This document shows positions 62,118-64,000 of a stretch of DNA of 64,000 bases, in pieces. A model generated the notes under the pieces. That model made no database searches. It had not been told where the DNA came from and saw only the letters and a program-made list of their open reading frames with translations. The first letter of the stretch is position 1; the number at the start of each line of letters is the position of its first letter. The position numbers and the translations under genes are program-made. Source of the DNA: SAR324 cluster bacterium SAR324-CTD7B (GTDB taxonomy: Bacteria > SAR324 > NAC60-12); NCBI GenBank assembly GCA_002082305.1, contig LSNO01000093.1, positions 1,337 to 65,336 of the forward strand, given 5' to 3'.

Positions 62118-62803
62118 CGCTTTCCATTGTCGGACGCTGTCCGGAAACAGGGATGCTCGGCGGATCAATCACTTCATCAAGCATTTGCGTGGCGAGTCGT
62201 TGTTTGTTCACGCGTTCCGGAGTTGGTGCGGCACTGTCGCAAAATGTCACGGATCCGCGTTTGGGAATCCGGATGCTCGATTTGCTGGAATCTCGCACCG
62301 GACGTTCCGGGGGAGCAGACGTAAACACGGCGATTTCCCAAGTTGTAGCGGAGGCAAATCACATTGAATGGCGGCAACTCGTGCTTTTGGATTCTTCCGG
62401 AAAATCAGCCATTCACACCGGAGAAAAGGCATTGGGCCGAAACGCTTCCGCACAAGGAAATCAGTGCGCCGCCGCCGCAAATCTTTTGGCAAATGAAGAA
62501 GTTCCGCAAACAATGGTGACCGCTTTTGAACAAAGCTCCGGACATCTCGCACAAAGGCTTATCACCGCTCTCGAAGCCGGAATTGCCGCCGGTGGCGAAG
62601 AAGGGCCGGTGCGTTCTGCCGGAGTGCAGGTCGTTCATAAAGTTTCGTGGCCCGTCGTTGATTTGCGGGTTGATTGGGACGAAAATCCGCTTCCCAAACT
62701 GCGCACCATTTGGAACGAATATCAACCGCAACTCGAGCCCTATGTCACCCGCGCCCTCAATCCGGAAGCCGCTCCGTCTTATGGTGTTCCGGGGGATTTG
62801 TGA
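62114..62803 (+). CDS. DUF1028 (Ntn-hydrolase-like) protein
   Basis: MTLSIVGRC..TGMLG, GVGA..SQN, WRQ, AGGE.GP..SA, DLRVD. ATGA overlap with the RidA gene. Confidence 0.88.
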   Translation: MTLSIVGRCPETGMLGGSITSSSICVASRCLFTRSGVGAALSQNVTDPRLGIRMLDLLESRTGRSGGADVNTAISQVVAEANHIEWRQLVLLDSSGKSAIHTGEKALGRNASAQGNQCAAAANLLANEEVPQTMVTAFEQSSGHLAQRLITALEAGIAAGGEEGPVRSAGVQVVHKVSWPVVDLRVDWDENPLPKLRTIWNEYQPQLEPYVTRALNPEAAPSYGVPGDL

Positions 62804-62806
62804 GCT

Positions 62807-62974
62807 ATGATCATTTCTAGAAACATTGGCATCATGGGTTTTTTTGTGGATGCAAAGGATGAAAAAGCAAGAAAGTATTACGAGAAATTTGGATTCATTC
62901 CAATGCCGGATAATAAGCAGCAGCTTTTCCTGGCTATGAACGGTTTACAACAGGCGTATCAAACAATTTCCTAA
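62807..62974 (+). pseudogene. C-terminal fragment of a GNAT acetyltransferase (AtaT/TacT toxin-like)
   Basis: Manual translation: MIISRNIGIMGFFVDAKDEKARKYYEKFGFIPMPDNKQQLFLAM...*. The acetyl-CoA-binding N-terminal two-thirds is missing. Confidence 0.65.
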
Positions 62975-63101
62975 GGGACGTTTGGCACACTGCATTGATT
63001 GTTTACCTCTGAACCAAAACTTGAAATTGTTGGGGCGTTCTATTATTCTGCTCATTACAAAGTTTTTGTAATGAATTTAATTTCTATTGCTCAATAAAAC
63101 C

Positions 63102-64000
63102 ATGAATCAGTCCACATCTCCCACCAACTCTACCTCACTCAAAGATCCATGTTTGCAGGAACTTCAAAAATTATTAGGCGAGCGTCTTTCGATGTCAAAT
63201 TCGGTACGTGAACAACACGGTCGAGACGAATCATTTCATGCATCAGCACCTCCGGAAGCAGTTGCATTCGTGGAATGCAATGAAGAGGTGGCCGAGATAG
63301 TGCGGATCTGTGTTCAGTACCAGAAACCGATTATTCCGTTTGGCACCGGAACTTCCCTTGAAGGACATGTTGCCGCTTTGCATGGCGGGGTGTGCCTCGA
63401 CGTTTCCGGTATGAATCAGGTACTGGAAGTTAACGAAAATGACCTGGACTGCCGGGTGCAGGCAGGAGTAACCCGAAAGCAGCTCAATCAGCATTTGCGG
63501 AATTCCGGACTTTTTTTCCCGATTGATCCCGGAGCGGACGCCTCACTGGGAGGAATGACGGCAACTCGTGCCTCCGGAACAAACGCTGTACGCTACGGAA
63601 CCATGCGGGAAAATGTGCTTGGCCTGACAGTTGTTACTGCAGACGGACGCATAATCCGCACCGGAACACGCGCCCGTAAATCTTCCGCGGGCTATGATTT
63701 GACACGCCTGTTTGTCGGCTCCGAAGGAACATTGGGAATCATAACGGAAATTCAGCTTCGACTTTATGGAGTTCCGGAAGCAATTTCTGCTGCAGTCTGT
63801 TCCTTTGAAACTATGGAAGGCGCGGTGAACACCACAATCTCTACAATTCAGATGGGAATTCCTGTGGCCCGGATTGAGTTGCTGGATGAGGTTCAAGTTG
63901 ATGCAATCAATCGTTATGCAGATTTTGATTATGCCCTCAAACCGACTTTGTTTTTTGAGTTTCACGGAACAGAGGCCTGGGTGAAGGAACAGGCCGAAAT
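63102..64000 (+). CDS. FAD-linked oxidase, D-lactate dehydrogenase/GlcD family (3'-truncated by window edge)
   Basis: Manual translation from ATG 63102, open to the end: HGRDES, PFGTGTSLEGH, FFPIDPGADASLGGM, RKSSAGYDLTRLFVGSEGTLG. Confidence 0.9.
   Translation, partial: MNQSTSPTNSTSLKDPCLQELQKLLGERLSMSNSVREQHGRDESFHASAPPEAVAFVECNEEVAEIVRICVQYQKPIIPFGTGTSLEGHVAALHGGVCLDVSGMNQVLEVNENDLDCRVQAGVTRKQLNQHLRNSGLFFPIDPGADASLGGMTATRASGTNAVRYGTMRENVLGLTVVTADGRIIRTGTRARKSSAGYDLTRLFVGSEGTLGIITEIQLRLYGVPEAISAAVCSFETMEGAVNTTISTIQMGIPVARIELLDEVQVDAINRYADFDYALKPTLFFEFHGTEAWVKEQAE

Overview
A 64-kb chromosomal window from a moderately AT-rich bacterium. Protein style and gene content suggest a deltaproteobacteria-like marine lineage, plausibly SAR324; this is inference, not a database result. 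The core is a minus-strand str-S10-spc-alpha ribosomal superoperon (49576 to 32637). It is complete except that rplC (L3), rpsD (S4), adk, map and infA are absent, and its EF-G has degenerate domain IV loops. It continues into rimO-yebC-ruvC-ruvA-ssb-ygjP-smc-hisD. The left arm carries a partial selB, an LpoA-like protein, a SqrR/BigR-type persulfide operon, orphan genes with sigma54-type promoters, a FecR-domain pseudogene, eno-murJ, an ArgE/DapE hydrolase, a possible structured ncRNA, kynU, lysE, a DapF with both catalytic Cys replaced by Ser, and a Grx4-rhodanese/IscA/YggT operon. The right arm carries yyaL and an extended cyanophycin locus: cphB, cphA, a CphA paralog lacking the ATP-grasp domain, a D-aminoacylase and an M14 hydrolase. 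After it come a higher-GC HpaB/RidA/DUF1028 cassette, a GNAT toxin remnant and a partial FAD-linked oxidase. The best candidate for an undescribed system is the cyanophycin locus with its Mur-ligase-only CphA paralog. No rRNA, tRNA, CRISPR array or transposase was recognised.
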